Shown here piece by piece: positions 22,058 to 37,586 of a stretch of 64,000 bases of DNA. How positions within the stretch are numbered: position 1 is the first letter of the stretch; each line of letters opens with the position of its first letter. Below the pieces are notes generated by a model, which ran no database searches, was not told the origin of the DNA, and worked only from the letters and a program-made list of their open reading frames with translations. This stretch comes from Chrysomallon squamiferum (lineage: Eukaryota; Animalia; Mollusca), in assembly GCA_012295275.1 (NCBI GenBank), contig CM022678.1, forward strand, positions 7,440,001 to 7,504,000. Direction: 5' to 3'. Position numbers and translations under genes: made by a program.

Positions 22058-23359
22058 CCGTGACGTATCTGACGTATTCGTATCAAATAATAATATGACT
22101 GGGATGTGTTTACATGACCCTCAGACTTGCTCATATATTTCTGATTTGTACTTAACCCGTTCACGCCCTCATATACATACATACATACATACATACATAC
22201 ATACATACATACATACATACATACATACATAACATACATACATACATAGATAATGTAAACACTCACAAATAACCTTCGGATGAAAACAAACAAACACACA
22301 TACAAAAAACATACATTTCATACATACAGCCATATATACTTCCATATACTAATATTTTTTGTTTGTGCGTATGTGTGTGTATATATAAGTGTGTGTATAG
22401 ATATACGTGTATGTAGCATGTGTGTTGTTTTATCACATGAACTAGATACAGTAAACAGGAGAACGCACCAGTCATAGCTCTTATGTTCTTATATATATAT
22501 ATGTATATATATATATAGTTTCATGTTAAAAACTGCAATTAATATTAAAACGTGTGTTAACTTCGTTTTTAATAAGAGAAACTAAAGAAACCACTATGCC
22601 GGTCATATTCCAAAAGAGACAACAACGATTATCTCCCTTAGCGTCACGTATTAATTTTGGGTCAAATAATAATAAAAAAAACAACAGCAAGGTAACGAAA
22701 TATTGGCTACACTTAATCATTACCTCACTGTTTTTTCTTCCGCGTGTTCGTTTGTACGTTAACATCAACACTGACAAAACAGGAGGACAAAAAAGTAACG
22801 ACCTGTTATTCATTTTGCTTGACGCTTTTGACGTAATATAATGACTGGGACCTATCGACGTGTTTACATAACCCTACAGACTTACTCATACATTTTTAAT
22901 TTGTACTCAACGCCTGTTCACGCCCTCACCGCCTGAGGGCGCATATTCATTACAGATAACCACTTTTTTTTTATTTCGTTATAAAAATAATCAGATATAG
23001 GATAACCAAGAATAGATGTATTTTGTAATAGGCTGTTTTGTGTTTTCATTTACTTTCTTTTCATTTTTTTTTTTTTTTTATTAGTTTATTTTCTATTATT
23101 ATTATTATAATTTTTTTTTTTTTTTTTTTTTTTTTTTGGCTTATGTTCAACACACACACACACACACACACGCACGCACGCACGCACGCACATTTTTATT
23201 TTTATTATTACTGATAGCCAACGGCGGCTCCTGAATTCCTGCGTAGGAGAAAATTAAGGTGACAATCTGAGTTTAACAGTGGCAAGGATACCTGTCTCAA
23301 AGCTGTCTAACTTTAGATTATATAACTACCAAACAGACTTTACTTAGATTGCAAATTAC

Positions 23360-23397
<38 letters not shown>

Positions 23398-23421
23398 TAA
23401 TTATTATTGTTATTATTGTTG

Positions 23422-23465
<44 letters not shown>

Positions 23466-24025
23466 TTATTATTAATATTATTGTTATTAGTGTTGTTATT
23501 ATTATTATTTTTATTATTAATATTATTGTTATTATTGTTATAATTATTATTATTATTATACATTATAATTATTATAATTGTGTAATTTTTATTTTATTTA
23601 TTATTATTATTTTATAATTTTTCTCAAATATTAGCTGTTTATAAAGTGTAACAGAGATAATAAGCTTGCTTTCTGTTATTGAATATGTTGTGTGTGTATA
23701 TATAATTATATATATATATTTAAAATTATTTTGTTATGAAATTATTAAATATACTTCGTTATTAAATTTTATAAATTGTTAAATAACACTGTACATCGCA
23801 TTAACATGTAGTTTGCGATTTCGGCTAATATATTTAAATAACATGATTTAATTAAAATACATTTTGTTTATTTGTTTGTATTATTTTTAAGTATAAATTT
23901 TATTCTATTTCTACTCTAACTATCTCAGTTTGCCTCCTCCTGTTTGTGACTTTATAGTTATCTTCATAACTCTGGGGGTGGGTTATGTCGTATTTGCACT
24001 CTCTTTTTTATATTTTGTTTTGTCC

Positions 24026-24105
<80 letters not shown>

Positions 24106-24761
24106 GTCTGTGTGTGTGTGTGTGTGTTTGTGTGTGTGTGTCATATTCTCACTATAGAAGAAGAAGAAGGACAACAACAACAAAAAAACAAAACAGCAAC
24201 ATCAATAACAGAACAACAACAACAAAAAAAGACTGCACGAATGGGAAATGAGAAAATTTACGTATTTCAGTAGTTAAATATATAGCATATAGCTTCCTCT
24301 TCTTTACTTTTTTTATTTCTTCTTTTTTTTAGTTTGATCTCATAATTAATTAATGACCACCTTAAACTATTATTATATTCAGGTTTACTTGCAGAATGAT
24401 AAAACCATACAATATTAACGCTTAACCATTCACTATGCTAAACTAACATAGAATAATAAAAGAGAAATGTTCGTTCAAATATATGTACGTATGTATGATA
24501 TAAACAAGAATTTATTATGTTCAACAACAATTTTAACAGGTAATGTAGGGATTAAAATGAAAGTTTCGATTAATGATACTGCGGTAAATGAATTTCGCTC
24601 TGAACGATTAGAAAATTATAAATTAAAATGAATGGAATAAATGAAATAAATAAATCAAAATAAATAAAGAAAGAAATAAAGAAAGAAGAAAACAGAATAA
24701 ACTTATAATACTGAATAGTTATTTTACTTACCAACAGACCAAATTCATGACTCCATTGTAG

Positions 24762-24775
24762 TGACGTCATCCAAT
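24762..24775 (+). promoter_or_regulatory. Full CRE (TGACGTCA) adjacent to a CCAAT box; candidate promoter for the 26349 ORF
   Basis: gTGACGTCAtCCAAT at 24761-24775, followed by a candidate donor cag|gtagat near 24811. Confidence 0.35.
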
Positions 24776-25725
24776 TGCATGGTTACAAAGACTCTGGGTT
24801 TACACGTCAGGTAGATTATTATCGAGACTCGTCTGTGATTTTTATTATTTATTTTTATTTTTTAAATTTTTATTTATTCTTTTCTAAAAATCAGAAGAAG
24901 ATTCAACGAAATATCAACTAAATAGGAACAAAAATTATTAATGCAGAATTATATTTATTGAGTCATGCATTCATTTCTCTATATTATTTGTGTTAACTGT
25001 ACAATATCTACTTTCATTGTATCTGTTTTCAGGTAGGAGATATTATCGACTGTAGGAGATTTCGATTATTTTCGACATAAAACTTACACCGATTATAATA
25101 AAATAATAATAATAACGTTTGAATTAATATATTTAATTTTAATTTAAAAAAAAAATTATACGGTATATTTCATTTTACTTGCAGCTCAGCATGATTGCAT
25201 ATTTAATATTTAATTTTATTTAATTATAAATAAATGATTTATTTCCTGTCATTTTTTATTTTATTCATTATTGTTTTAGTACACTTATTTCCAAAATATA
25301 CTTATTATTATTATTATTCTAATTATTATTTTATTATATATATATATATATATACTGCCAGATTTTTAAACAAATTTATACAGCTGTATTTCATACTAAC
25401 TCTCTCTCAAAAAACACTAACATTTCAAACAAGAAACCTATATTTCGTTTCTCGTTTTTTTCTTGCATTATGTGTACCACTGCCTGTTATTGGCCCTCTA
25501 CGTAACCAGTGATTATTTGGCACTGCCACAATATACTATTGTTTTCTAGTAGATATAGTAATACGCTATTCTGATCATACCCTTCTTAGCAGTCCGGCTC
25601 CAAACAGGCTAATAGAGAAACCCGAGTAACGTAATTCTTAACAGTAACTGGAAACATATTCATTCGATACAGGATCAGCTAACAGTGTCAAGAGTATGTG
25701 CATGTCTATGTTTGTGTGTGTGTGG

Positions 25726-25818
<93 letters not shown>

Positions 25819-25928
25819 TCCATTATACGAATGTGTGATATTGCTACGCTGTTTGTAAATGAATATTCATTTATCCTGCCACGTTTTTCTGTCATTTTTC
25901 TTTCTTTGATCTTCATTTTTTTTAATTT

Positions 25929-25969
<41 letters not shown>

Positions 25970-26348
25970 GCATCTTATAGTATTACAATCAAAATTGTTA
26001 TCATCATTTTTTCGTTTTTTTTGATTCACTAATACTAATAATTTTATTACTATCGCTGCCTAAAATATACCGTTACTGTTACTGCTACTATTACTATGCT
26101 ACTACAGTAATACTACCGCTGTTGTTGGTACTATTGCTACTAGTACTATTATTATCACACAACAACTAATGACAGTTTTATCAATACACGTGGCACCATT
26201 TCAAATATACTGTTAAGCAGGGTGGACTGATGTGCTATATGAAGCATTAACATATCAACACTGGTTTATTCTACAACATATTGCTCAATAAACCGAAAGA
26301 GAAACAACAAAAAAAGAATAAAAACAGATTTAAACTATCTGGCTCGCC

Positions 26349-26798
26349 ATGGCTGAAAATCGACAGAGACTTAACGACGTCTGGTCCGTTGAAAACGATT
26401 TCAGATGTTGCAGTAGTTGTAAAAACAAGACTTCGTTTCCCTATTACAACGACAACTACGACGACGACGAAGATAAGAGCATTGTTTTGAAACAGACCGA
26501 CCAGGTGGAAATGGTGGGAATGCAAACCACAGGAAAAAAGACGTTTGCGAGCAAATATCATCTGCCAGTGCAGAGTGACGCGCGTAAGAACAAGATACAG
26601 CCAGGGGATGCGACGACGGAGTTTACCGAGGGAGTTCCTAAAGCAAGCAGTGTCCCAAACTTCGTCAAGCTGCTGTGTCCAGATACGGAGATTGACGAGC
26701 GTGACCGATCGGGAGGTACAGAGGACGAGACGGACGGACAAAGAAGAATGAGGAATGTTATGCATCTGGATGACTGGTTTGTGTTCTTGATTTCATGA
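26349..26798 (+). CDS. Orphan 149-aa hydrophilic ORF; either a small gene or an alternative first coding exon of the downstream KCNT gene
   Basis: Non-repetitive, CpG-rich ORF in an AT-rich background, with a strong Kozak context (cgccATGG) and an upstream acceptor (aaacag near 26327). A possible phase-2 donor TG|gtttgt lies at 26777. No family recognised. Confidence 0.5.
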   Translation: MAENRQRLNDVWSVENDFRCCSSCKNKTSFPYYNDNYDDDEDKSIVLKQTDQVEMVGMQTTGKKTFASKYHLPVQSDARKNKIQPGDATTEFTEGVPKASSVPNFVKLLCPDTEIDERDRSGGTEDETDGQRRMRNVMHLDDWFVFLIS

Positions 26799-28234
26799 CG
26801 TCATTAGTTGTTTTTCGTTTCATGCAGCGGTTTAGCTGAATAATAATAATAATAATAATAAATAATAATAATAAAAATAATAATAAATTATAATAATAAT
26901 AATGTTACAGTAATAATAATAATTACAACAACAATAACAATAATAATTATAATAAAAAAAAATAATAATGATAACAGTTACAGTAATAATAATATTTAAA
27001 ACTATAACAATAATAATAACAACAATAATAATCATAGTAAAAATAATAATAACAACAACAGTAATAATAATAACTAACAACAACAATAATAATACACTTT
27101 TAATGTGTATTTACGTAAGCATGTATAATTTTACATTAATATGTGAGTGGATGTATATTTTTTCTCTATTTATCGATTATATGGAAATGTGATATAAATG
27201 GACTGTATTAGGTGGAACATATATAACAGGCGCCATATTTATTATTATTAATTTTTTTAAATATATAATAATGTACATATATATATATATATTTTTTATC
27301 CGAGCGTATATTTGTTTAGTTTTCTCTCTGTGTGTGAAGAATGTATACAGAAAACGTCTTCTTGTTTAGAGATATACACATATTAAAAATAAAAATAAAA
27401 TAAAATAAATAACAAATAAATAAATGAGAAAATCCTTTCCACTTCAATTGTTAACTAGAAAGCAGAACAGTTGTGAAATTAAATATAAACCCTTTCAGAT
27501 GAAGACTGAAAAATTATAATTTACACTTTAAAACGACCTCATATTTTTGAAAAGTAGGCCCTAAATCGCGAAATATATTCAAAACTGACGTTGATACGTA
27601 ACCTATTTCTTTAAAATGCCTTAAATCAGTTTATTTTGCAGCCCGAATGTTTAAGTTGTTCTATTATTTCACACCAATAACAGCTGAATGTGATACAGTT
27701 TTAAAAGAAAATTAATTGTTTCGAAAAAAGACTTTAATGTGGTTTGTATAATATATAATTTTTGTCAAAACCAACGCAATCAAGTAAAAGCGTCAACGGT
27801 TATTCCCCTTTAAAGAATGTCCAAACGGAAGTTAACAAAATTTTCGCCAAGTGGCTTCATAGTTCCATCGTTGTTGTTAATTTTCGACAAAAGGTATGAC
27901 ATTTTTTTGACAGGAAAAAGTATAAAATAGTACATAATGGCATGCACTCGTTAAAAATGTTCATTGCACGATAATTAATACTGCCAGTGTTTAGACTGGC
28001 ATCCGTAGCTCTGACTTAAGCGCTTCGACTCGGATTTGAGCTGAGCTGAAGAGCCATGTGTCTCCATCCTCTTGACAATTTCTGTCTGTATTTAATTAAT
28101 TAATTTATTTATTTATATTATTTATTATTTATTTTATTTTATTTTATTTTTTTTTTTTCTTCATTTTTATTTTTTTTTTTTTTTTAACTAATCTCTTTTG
28201 GTTTAGTATTACTTGATATTAATTTTCGTAAATA

Positions 28235-28265
<31 letters not shown>

Positions 28266-28566
28266 ATACGTTGAGTGGAATTGGATGATTTAATCATTAA
28301 TCATGAATGATAAAATGTCTAGAACAATCTTATTAACGTTTAAGGTTACAGATTAAAAGCATTTTGTTGTTTGACATCTAATTTATAATTCAAGATCGTA
28401 ACAGATAAGATAAAAAGAAAGAAAAAAAAAAAAAAAAAAAAAAAAAAAAGGAAACTAAGAAATAATCTAACAGGGTAAACTGCTTAAAACTACATTTAAA
28501 TAAAATAACGTTGTGATACATCATTTACTACGTCATGGATTGTTGACATCTGCATGTCAAAACGTT

Positions 28567-28608
<42 letters not shown>

Positions 28609-29091
28609 ACACAGACATAAACCCACACAAAAGTCATGAAATATATGTATATGTAAACATATAAATATATATATATTTATATATATATATATATTTACAC
28701 ACACCTACATACACACACCTGTAACTGAACCACTGCCCTACATCAATCATTTCTACCTGTACATACTTGTACGTCCTTTGACACGATATTGATTGTCAGT
28801 TACTGCTGGGATTGTCTCGGTATTTAAACAGTAAATCAAAGTTGACCTCTGCGTTCAGGATCACAGCTTATTACACAATACAAAAGCACATGTATAGGTT
28901 TGTCAATCAGTGTATACTCGCCAAAACAAAGTAAGGACCTTTTAATGTTGAAGAAGTGACCAGGCTGAATTCAGTTGTTTGAAACCTGCAAATAGTTTGT
29001 ATCTCTTGGGTAAGCTTTTTTATATTTATTGTTATGAATTGTTAAAGTAGGGGTGCAAGGTATAAAAGAATGTGTGTGTGTGTATGTATGT

Positions 29092-29131
<40 letters not shown>

Positions 29132-29397
29132 CATATATATATATATGTAATGTATTAAGTACTGAGTATGTTTTTTGGTTAAAGTGTCAACTTGACCATA
29201 ATTTTTTGTTGATAATAATCATTTTTATCTTTTGTTTTGTTTCTTCATCTTTTGCTATTTTAAAATTCTCTTTTTTTTTTTTTTTTTTTTTTCTCTCTTT
29301 TTCCAATTATTATTATAATTATTAGTGTTTTAATATTAATATCATATATGTTTAAATGTTCAATAATAATAATGAAAATTATTATTATTATTATTAT

Positions 29398-29456
<59 letters not shown>

Positions 29457-30162
29457 TCACCATAATAATAGTATTATTATTATTCACCATATATAAAATT
29501 TCTTCTGATTTATGAACAGTTTTTCTTATCTAAATTTATGTCTGAATTTAATAGATAAATAAATGAATATACTAACACATAAGTAAATAAATAAATAAAT
29601 AAAATACAAAGAAGTAAAACAAATACATTTTAAAAAGTAATTAATATAACAATTAATAAACAACATAAATAAATAAAATTATGGATAAATAAATGCATAA
29701 ACAAAGAAATAAATTATTTTCTAAACCAAATGGAAATAAATAGAAAACACTAATAAACAAAGAAACAAACCAACTATTAAAAAGAATCTAAATAAAAATT
29801 GAACAAAAACAGAGCAAAAACAATAACACAAACCATTTTCATTAAAAAAAATAAATCATCATACCAAAAAAAAGAAAAGAAAAAAAATCGTGAAAAAAGT
29901 ATACACCCTAGCTGCTCCCTAACTTATTTTGATCAGTATAGACGGAGCCTAAAGGCTAGAACACTCAGTAGCTACTACAATAGCTGATGAACTGACATCT
30001 CTCAACAGAGCAAGGATTTCTGTAGCTAATTCAGGCGAGAAAGGTCAGTTCTTTATTTCAGTAATGCACAGGACAATGTCAGAGTTTGTTTGTTAAAGAA
30101 ACACCACACCTTATGTTTTTATGATTAACTCCTTTCAGCTCAGTTGTGTTACAAGCTTTTTT

Positions 30163-30202
<40 letters not shown>

Positions 30203-30654
30203 GTTGTGGTTGTTGTATTGTTCTCTGTTACATGAGTGTTATTGCATTACGAAACCAGAAACCAAAACCAAAACCAAGCCATTTGTTGCTTTAGGTAAGT
30301 AACGTGTGATTTGAATAGGTTAATTAACTTGTTAATTAGATATTCGAGATATTAATTAAATAATAGAGTCGTTACTTTCACATTAGTGTTGTTAAGTAGA
30401 TATCTGAGTTATTAATTAAGTATTTAAGCTGTTAATTAGGTATTAGATTTATTAATGAAATATTTAAGTTGTTAATTAGGCATTTGATTTATTAATTAGA
30501 TGTTAGTGGTTTTAGTTAATTATTAGAATTGTTAATTAATGTTATTATTAGAGTTTTTAAATTACAAATTACAGGTATTAATTAACAGTTTATGTTAATG
30601 AAGGTTGAGATTAGGAACTTGTAATTTATATTCCTTATGTTGTGGTATCTTTTT

Positions 30655-30689
<35 letters not shown>

Positions 30690-30995
30690 TGTTCCCCATT
30701 TATTTATTATATTTTTATTATTTTTATTTAGGAATGAGATTAGTGGATATTTTCTTTATTGCTAGTTATCACTGTTACTGTTATGAATACTACTTTCACT
30801 CTGCAGTTACTAATATCATTTTTAACTACTACTATTATTACTACTTCTCTACTATTATTATGATTACTATAACTGATATTGCTGTAATAATATTAATATC
30901 AAAAATCAGTACTATAGCAAGACCTACAAGAATATCTTCTTCTTCTTCTTATTATTATTATTACTATTATCTTCTTCTTCATCATCATCTTCTTC

Positions 30996-31051
<56 letters not shown>

Positions 31052-31101
31052 TTCTTCTTCTTCTTCTTAGTATTATTATTATTATCTTCTTGTTCTTCTT
31101 C

Positions 31102-31146
<45 letters not shown>

Positions 31147-31607
31147 TTCTAGTTCTTCTTCTTAGTATTATTATTATTATTATCTTCTTCTTCTTCTTCT
31201 TCGTCTTATTGTTGTGTTGTTGTTGTTGATGTTGTTGTATTGTTGTTACTGTTAACACTGTGGTATTAAGTTATTAAGTGGATGCCAGATGCATCCTGTT
31301 GATGCCATACACTGATTACTGTGAACAGAGAACCCGTAATTAATTTAAGTGAGTCTGTGTGTGCATGATTTCATTAACCTTTATTGGATTACGTACACAC
31401 ACACACATATTAATCACATTACTATGTAAGTATTTACTGGTTCATGTATGTGCATATGTGTGTGTATGTGTGTAATATATTATTTGCATGCACAGCATGT
31501 CTGTCTGCATCCTGTTTTATATATATATATATATATATGTATATACATATGCACACAGATCCATACATACACCCATACATAGATATATACATATATATGT
31601 GTGTATG

Positions 31608-31664
<57 letters not shown>

Positions 31665-32177
31665 TTTTTGATATAGTTATTAATATATTTATATTTATGC
31701 ATTAAAACTCACATGCACACACACACAAAATACACACACTCAACACACACAGCCACACACACAACACACACACACACACATAACACACACATACAGACAC
31801 ACACACACACACACACAGCAGAAACACACACAGACAGACACACACTTACTTTTAGTGTGACTAAAAAACATTTCATCACTTGTGACAGAGTGTATCTCAT
31901 GACTTTTTCTGACCGGCTGTTTAATGTGATCTTGTCACTTGTCTTTCTTTTTTTTAAATTCTTTTAACTCTTTTTTTACTTCTTCTTCTTCACAGCTAAA
32001 CTGAAAGGAATGTGAGATGTATTACGTGTCTGTTACGTATGTGACTGAGTGTGGTAATTTATACAGACCTACGTGTGTGTGTGTGTGTGTGTGTGTGTCT
32101 GTGTCTGTCTGTGTCTGTGTGTGTGTGTCTGTGTGTGCGTGTTTGTGTGTGTGTGTGTGTGTATATGTATATATATG

Positions 32178-32220
<43 letters not shown>

Positions 32221-33425
32221 GTATGTATATATTAGGCAGTAGAATTAAAATGTATATGTTTATGCTTTATGTATTGGTCTGTGTGTATATGCATATGTGT
32301 GTGCAGGAATATATATATATAAAATAAAATTATGTATGTGAGTGTGTGTATCTTAGTTTGTGACATTTCATAGTTTCAACACACATAAACACACACACAC
32401 ACACACACAAAACACAGAAAATATATACATGATAAGATTTCCATTCCATTTTAATGTCTTTCTTCACTGTGTGTGTATGTATGTGTGCATGTATATGTAT
32501 ATATATGTGTGTGTGTGTGTGTTGTTTGTGTATATGTCTGTAGATATGTATATGTACACGTATACATACATAGGTATGTATGTTATGTATGTATGTATGT
32601 ATGTATATTATGTTTTAGCTTATTTCTTTAAAAAAAAAAAAACTGTTCTAGTATTCTTATCAAGGCTACTAGAGCAGACATCACTATCTGGTTACAAAAA
32701 AAATCTGCACTTTCCTGACAAAACTCAAACTTCAAAAACCAGAATTAATTATCAGTTTTCACTTCTTTTCAACATTACATAACAACACTGATGTAATAAT
32801 TGCATTAACTTTTATCTGTTAACAAAATAAATTAATCAAACAACTTTATTCGCTAACGTTATCTCTTTCCATCAAACCCAATTTGCAATCATCCCTCCAC
32901 CAAAACCCCTCCCACCTCTTTATTTACCTGTGAAGTACACCTGTGATGAACACCTGAATACTCTTTATCTGAATCAGATATCCAAGACATTGTTCTCACC
33001 TGTAGATTTCATGATAAAGGTAAAAGCCACTTTGTAGCTGTTAAGAATTTCTATTTTTGTACCAGTTATGTAAAAGGACTTTTTTTTTATTCTGGAAGCT
33101 GTTAGTAGTAAATTATTTCTTTCTTTTCTTTTTCTTTTCCCCCTTTTTATAAATTTAAAAATTTTTATTTATTTATTTTGTTTATTGACATTTTTATTAT
33201 TATTTTTTTTTTAAATTTTAAAAATTTTTGGACAACATTCAGAAAACCTTTTATGAGCACTGTTTTTCATTTTTTTTTTCATTTTTATTTAATTAAACAT
33301 AGTGAAGTCTTTCCAGACTGAGTTAGTGTAAAATTTATCTTATCCTCAGTCTGTTAGGACTTTTTGATATGAAATGATGTGCATAAAAAACAAAAATGTC
33401 ATTTCTGCATCCTTTTACACTTTAC

Positions 33426-33491
<66 letters not shown>

Positions 33492-34146
33492 TTCTGTATT
33501 ATTAGAAGAGAAGATCATGGATCTCTAAAGTTCCGGAGTTGAGTTGGAACGGGTTAAATATGCTCTGGCCAACATTAAGCACACATTTCAGTCCTTCAAA
33601 ACTGTACATACAAACATTCACAGAAATCACAATAATAATAATAATATAAACATACACACACATGCACACACCTACATACTTTTATATCCATAATCATGTA
33701 TGTATGCACATGTATCTGTGTGTGCATGCTTATTTGTGTATGTATGTGTGTGTGTGTGTGTGTGTGTGTATGCATATACATACATATATGTGTGTGTGTG
33801 TGTGTGTGTGTATGCATATACACACACAATGAGAGAGATACACACATAATAATATATATGTGCATACATATATATATAAATTAAAAACACACTTGTATCC
33901 ATAAAACATTTAATTTATTACTGTGTCCTTTTTTCTCTTGCCATATCAGAAACATAAAATGGAAAAAAAAACTTTATTAAAGAGATAAATATTCATATTT
34001 GCATAAACACAGCATATTCATAAGCACAGTACAGCCATGTTCCTCAGTGGGTTTAACACAGGACTGGGAAGTGCTAGGTCATCAGATTAAATCTACACAA
34101 ACGTGTGTTTGTAGTCAGTGGAAGAAAATGATTTTCAAATGTTTTC

Positions 34147-34201
<55 letters not shown>

Positions 34202-34268
34202 GGTATATAGGTATAAATGTGTGTGTATGTGTGTTAATATATGTTGTGTATGTATGTGTGTGTGTATG

Positions 34269-34320
<52 letters not shown>

Positions 34321-34396
34321 TATTATACCAATAATATTAAACAATAACATTAGCTGTATTGCAAATCTTACAAACACTTTTCTGTATAAGGATAAT

Positions 34397-34453
<57 letters not shown>

Positions 34454-34694
34454 ATCATTATCATCATCATCACCATCGTCGTCGTCGTCTATTAAAACTA
34501 TTACAAGTAAAAATCTCTTACATCCAAGCACTCTGACTTAATGGGTCTCACTCCACAGATATTTTAGCAGTTTCTTATTATCATCATCAGAAACATCTGA
34601 TTACTCCAGACTCTGTACATACTTGCATCAGAGGAAGGGTAATTTTGGCACAGCTTTGCTAATTGTTATTGTTAACAGCTGTTGTCAGTGTCTT

Positions 34695-36225
34695 CTAGAG
34701 TTCTGGTGGTATAATGTTCTCCTTGTTGTGCTGGTATGATTTCTTCTAGTTCTAGTGGTATAATTTGTTCTAGTTCTAGTGCTATAATTTGTTCTAGTTA
34801 TAGTGGTATCATATGTTCTAGTTGTGGTATAATCTGTTCTAGTTGTACTGGTATAATTTGTTCTAGTTGTACTGGTATAATTTGTTCTAGTTATAGTATT
34901 ATAATTTGTTCTAGTTGTACTGGTATAATTTGTTCTAGTTCTAGTGGTATAATTTGTTCCAGTTCTAGTGGTATCATATGTTCTAGTTGTACTGGTATAA
35001 TTTGTTCTAGTTGTAGTGGTATAATTTGTTCTAGTTGTACTGGTATACTTTGTTCCAGTTACAGTATTACAATTTGTTCTAGTTGTAGTGGTGTCATTTT
35101 TACTAGTTATACTGGTATAATTTGTTCTAGATGTAGTGGTATAATTTGTTCTAGATGTAGTTGTATAATTTGTTCCAGTTCTAGTGGTATAATTTGTTCC
35201 AGTTCTAGTGGTATAATTTGTTCTAGTTATAGTGGTATAATTTGTTCTAGATGTAGTTGTATAATTTGTTCCAGTTCTAGTGGTATAATTTGTTCTAGTT
35301 ATAGTGGTATAATTTGTTCTAGATGTAGTTGTATAATTTGTTCTAGATGTAGTGGTATAATTTGTTCTAGTTGGTAGTGGTATAATTTGTTCCAGTTCTA
35401 GTGGTATAATTTGTTCTAGTTATAGTGGTATAATTTGTTCTAGATGTAGTTGTATAATTTGTTCTAGATGTAGTTGTATAATTTGTTCCAGTTCTAGTGG
35501 TATAATTTGTTCTAGATGTAGTGGTATAATTTGTTCTAGATGTAGTTGTATAATTTGTTCTAGATGTAGTGGTATAATTTGTTCTAGATGTAGTGGTATA
35601 ATTTGTTCTAGATGTAGTGGTATAATTTGTTCTAGTTATAGTGGTATAATTTGTTCCAGTTCTAGTGGTATAATTTGTTCTAGATGTAGTGGTATAATTT
35701 GTTCTAGTTATAGTGGTATAATTTGTTCTAGTTATAGTGGTATAATTTGTTCCAGTTCTAGTGGTATAATTTGTTCTAGATGTAGTGGTATAATTTGTTC
35801 TAGTTATAGTGGTATAATTTGTTCTAGATGTAGTGGTATAATTTGTTCTAGTTATAGTGGTATAATTTGTTCTAGATGTAGTGGTATAATTTGTTCTAGT
35901 TATAGTGGTATAATTTGTTCTAGATGTAGTGGTATAATTTGTTCTAGTTATAGTTGTATAATTTGTTCTAGTTCTGGTATAATTTGTTCTAGTTACAGTA
36001 TTATAATTTGTTCTAGTTGTTATGGTATAATGTTTACTAGTTATCCTGGTATAATTTGTTCTATTTGTGGTTGTATAATTTTTACTAGTCATACTGGTAT
36101 AATTTGTTCTAGATGTAGTGGTATAATTTATTCTAGTTATACTGGTATAATTTGTTCTAGTTGTGGTATATTTTGTTCTGGTTACAGTGGTATAATTTGT
36201 TATTGTTCTAAATGTATAATTAGTA
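34695..36225. repeat. 24-bp minisatellite, roughly 60 copies (consensus gtggtataatttgttctagatgta / ..ttata / ..ttcta)
   Basis: Directly visible; it produces the 8-aa periodic pseudo-ORFs SGIICSSx and TRTNYTTx. The core is homogeneous and the edges are degenerate. Confidence 0.95.
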
Positions 36226-37149
36226 AATAAACAGACATTCAGTAATATAAAATATGTGTGTGTGTGTGTTTGTTATTGAATGTATGTTTACATATTCAAT
36301 GTTTTGTGTACATACTTATATTGAATGTCTGAAGGTACTCACATTCTCTCTGTCTCTCAACATTACACAAATTGGGTTAACGGTCCTGTATTTTTCCATC
36401 TTGTATATGATAAACACTACACACACACACATACAGAAACAAACCATATAACTAACAGCTAATGGTAGGAATGTCACCAAATCATAAAAAAGTGTTTAAT
36501 TATCTTCAGCATTTGTAGCTGTTGCTTTGTCAGACACAAACAGAGGGATATTTCTGTTGGTGGTGGTAGGGAATATAATTGTGTTTGTTCTTCTTTTATT
36601 TTCTTGTGCATGTTCTTGTTACTTTCATGATCGTTATGTTTATTTATATTTCTTTAAAACTGTTTCTTTCTCTCCTTATCTGTTTCTTTTTTGGTTTCTA
36701 CTCTGTCTCTGTTTCAGTTTCTTATTCCTTCTAGACACATGTTGCCAACTTTTTTTCTGTGTCTATAATCTTTGCTGAATGCCTGTATGTGTTTCATTTT
36801 CTCATTTTCTTTTTTTGTCTATAAAATTTTCTTTTTTTCTCTGTTTTATTTCTTTCTCTCTCATGTTCTAGTTTTCACCATTAAAAAAACCTATTTGGTT
36901 GTAGAAGTAGATTTCTGATTTATGTGTTTTGGTGTTTAATGTATCTTTTATATATTTTTTTTATAACTACAAATGTCGAGGAAATAGCAGGTGTCAGTTT
37001 ATGCATGGTTTTCTTTTTATTTACATTCATTGTAACACTTAGCAATTTCTTTTTTTGAGTTAAGATCAGGACAGTTCTGAATAATATCACAGGATTGGTT
37101 AAGGGACTGATATTACAATTTATTTTATTTTAAGCTTGCTGGGTATACA

Positions 37150-37188
<39 letters not shown>

Positions 37189-37250
37189 ATTCTCTTTATT
37201 TGCTTTTTTTTTTGTATTCTTCCTCTCTTGATATTCAACTCTGTCTTGTA

Positions 37251-37284
<34 letters not shown>

Positions 37285-37586
37285 TCATCGCTCATCTCTC
37301 CCTCTCTTCTTCATGCTTTTGAATAACATATAACCAGCAAAAAAAAAAAAATAAAATAAAAATTACCCCCCACAAATTTCTAACCTTCACCCCCTACCCC
37401 TAAGATAATATTTTGGAACTGCCCTTTTTTTTTATTATTCCTCTCACTTTTTTTTTGTTTTTTGGCTTTTTTATTGTTGTTTCAGCTTGCTGTTCTGCAC
37501 TGTAAACACCTCACCTCACCTCACCTCACCTGTAATTTGTCTCCCTAGCAATGCACCTTGCCATGGCCTAGGTAAGAGAGAGATCC

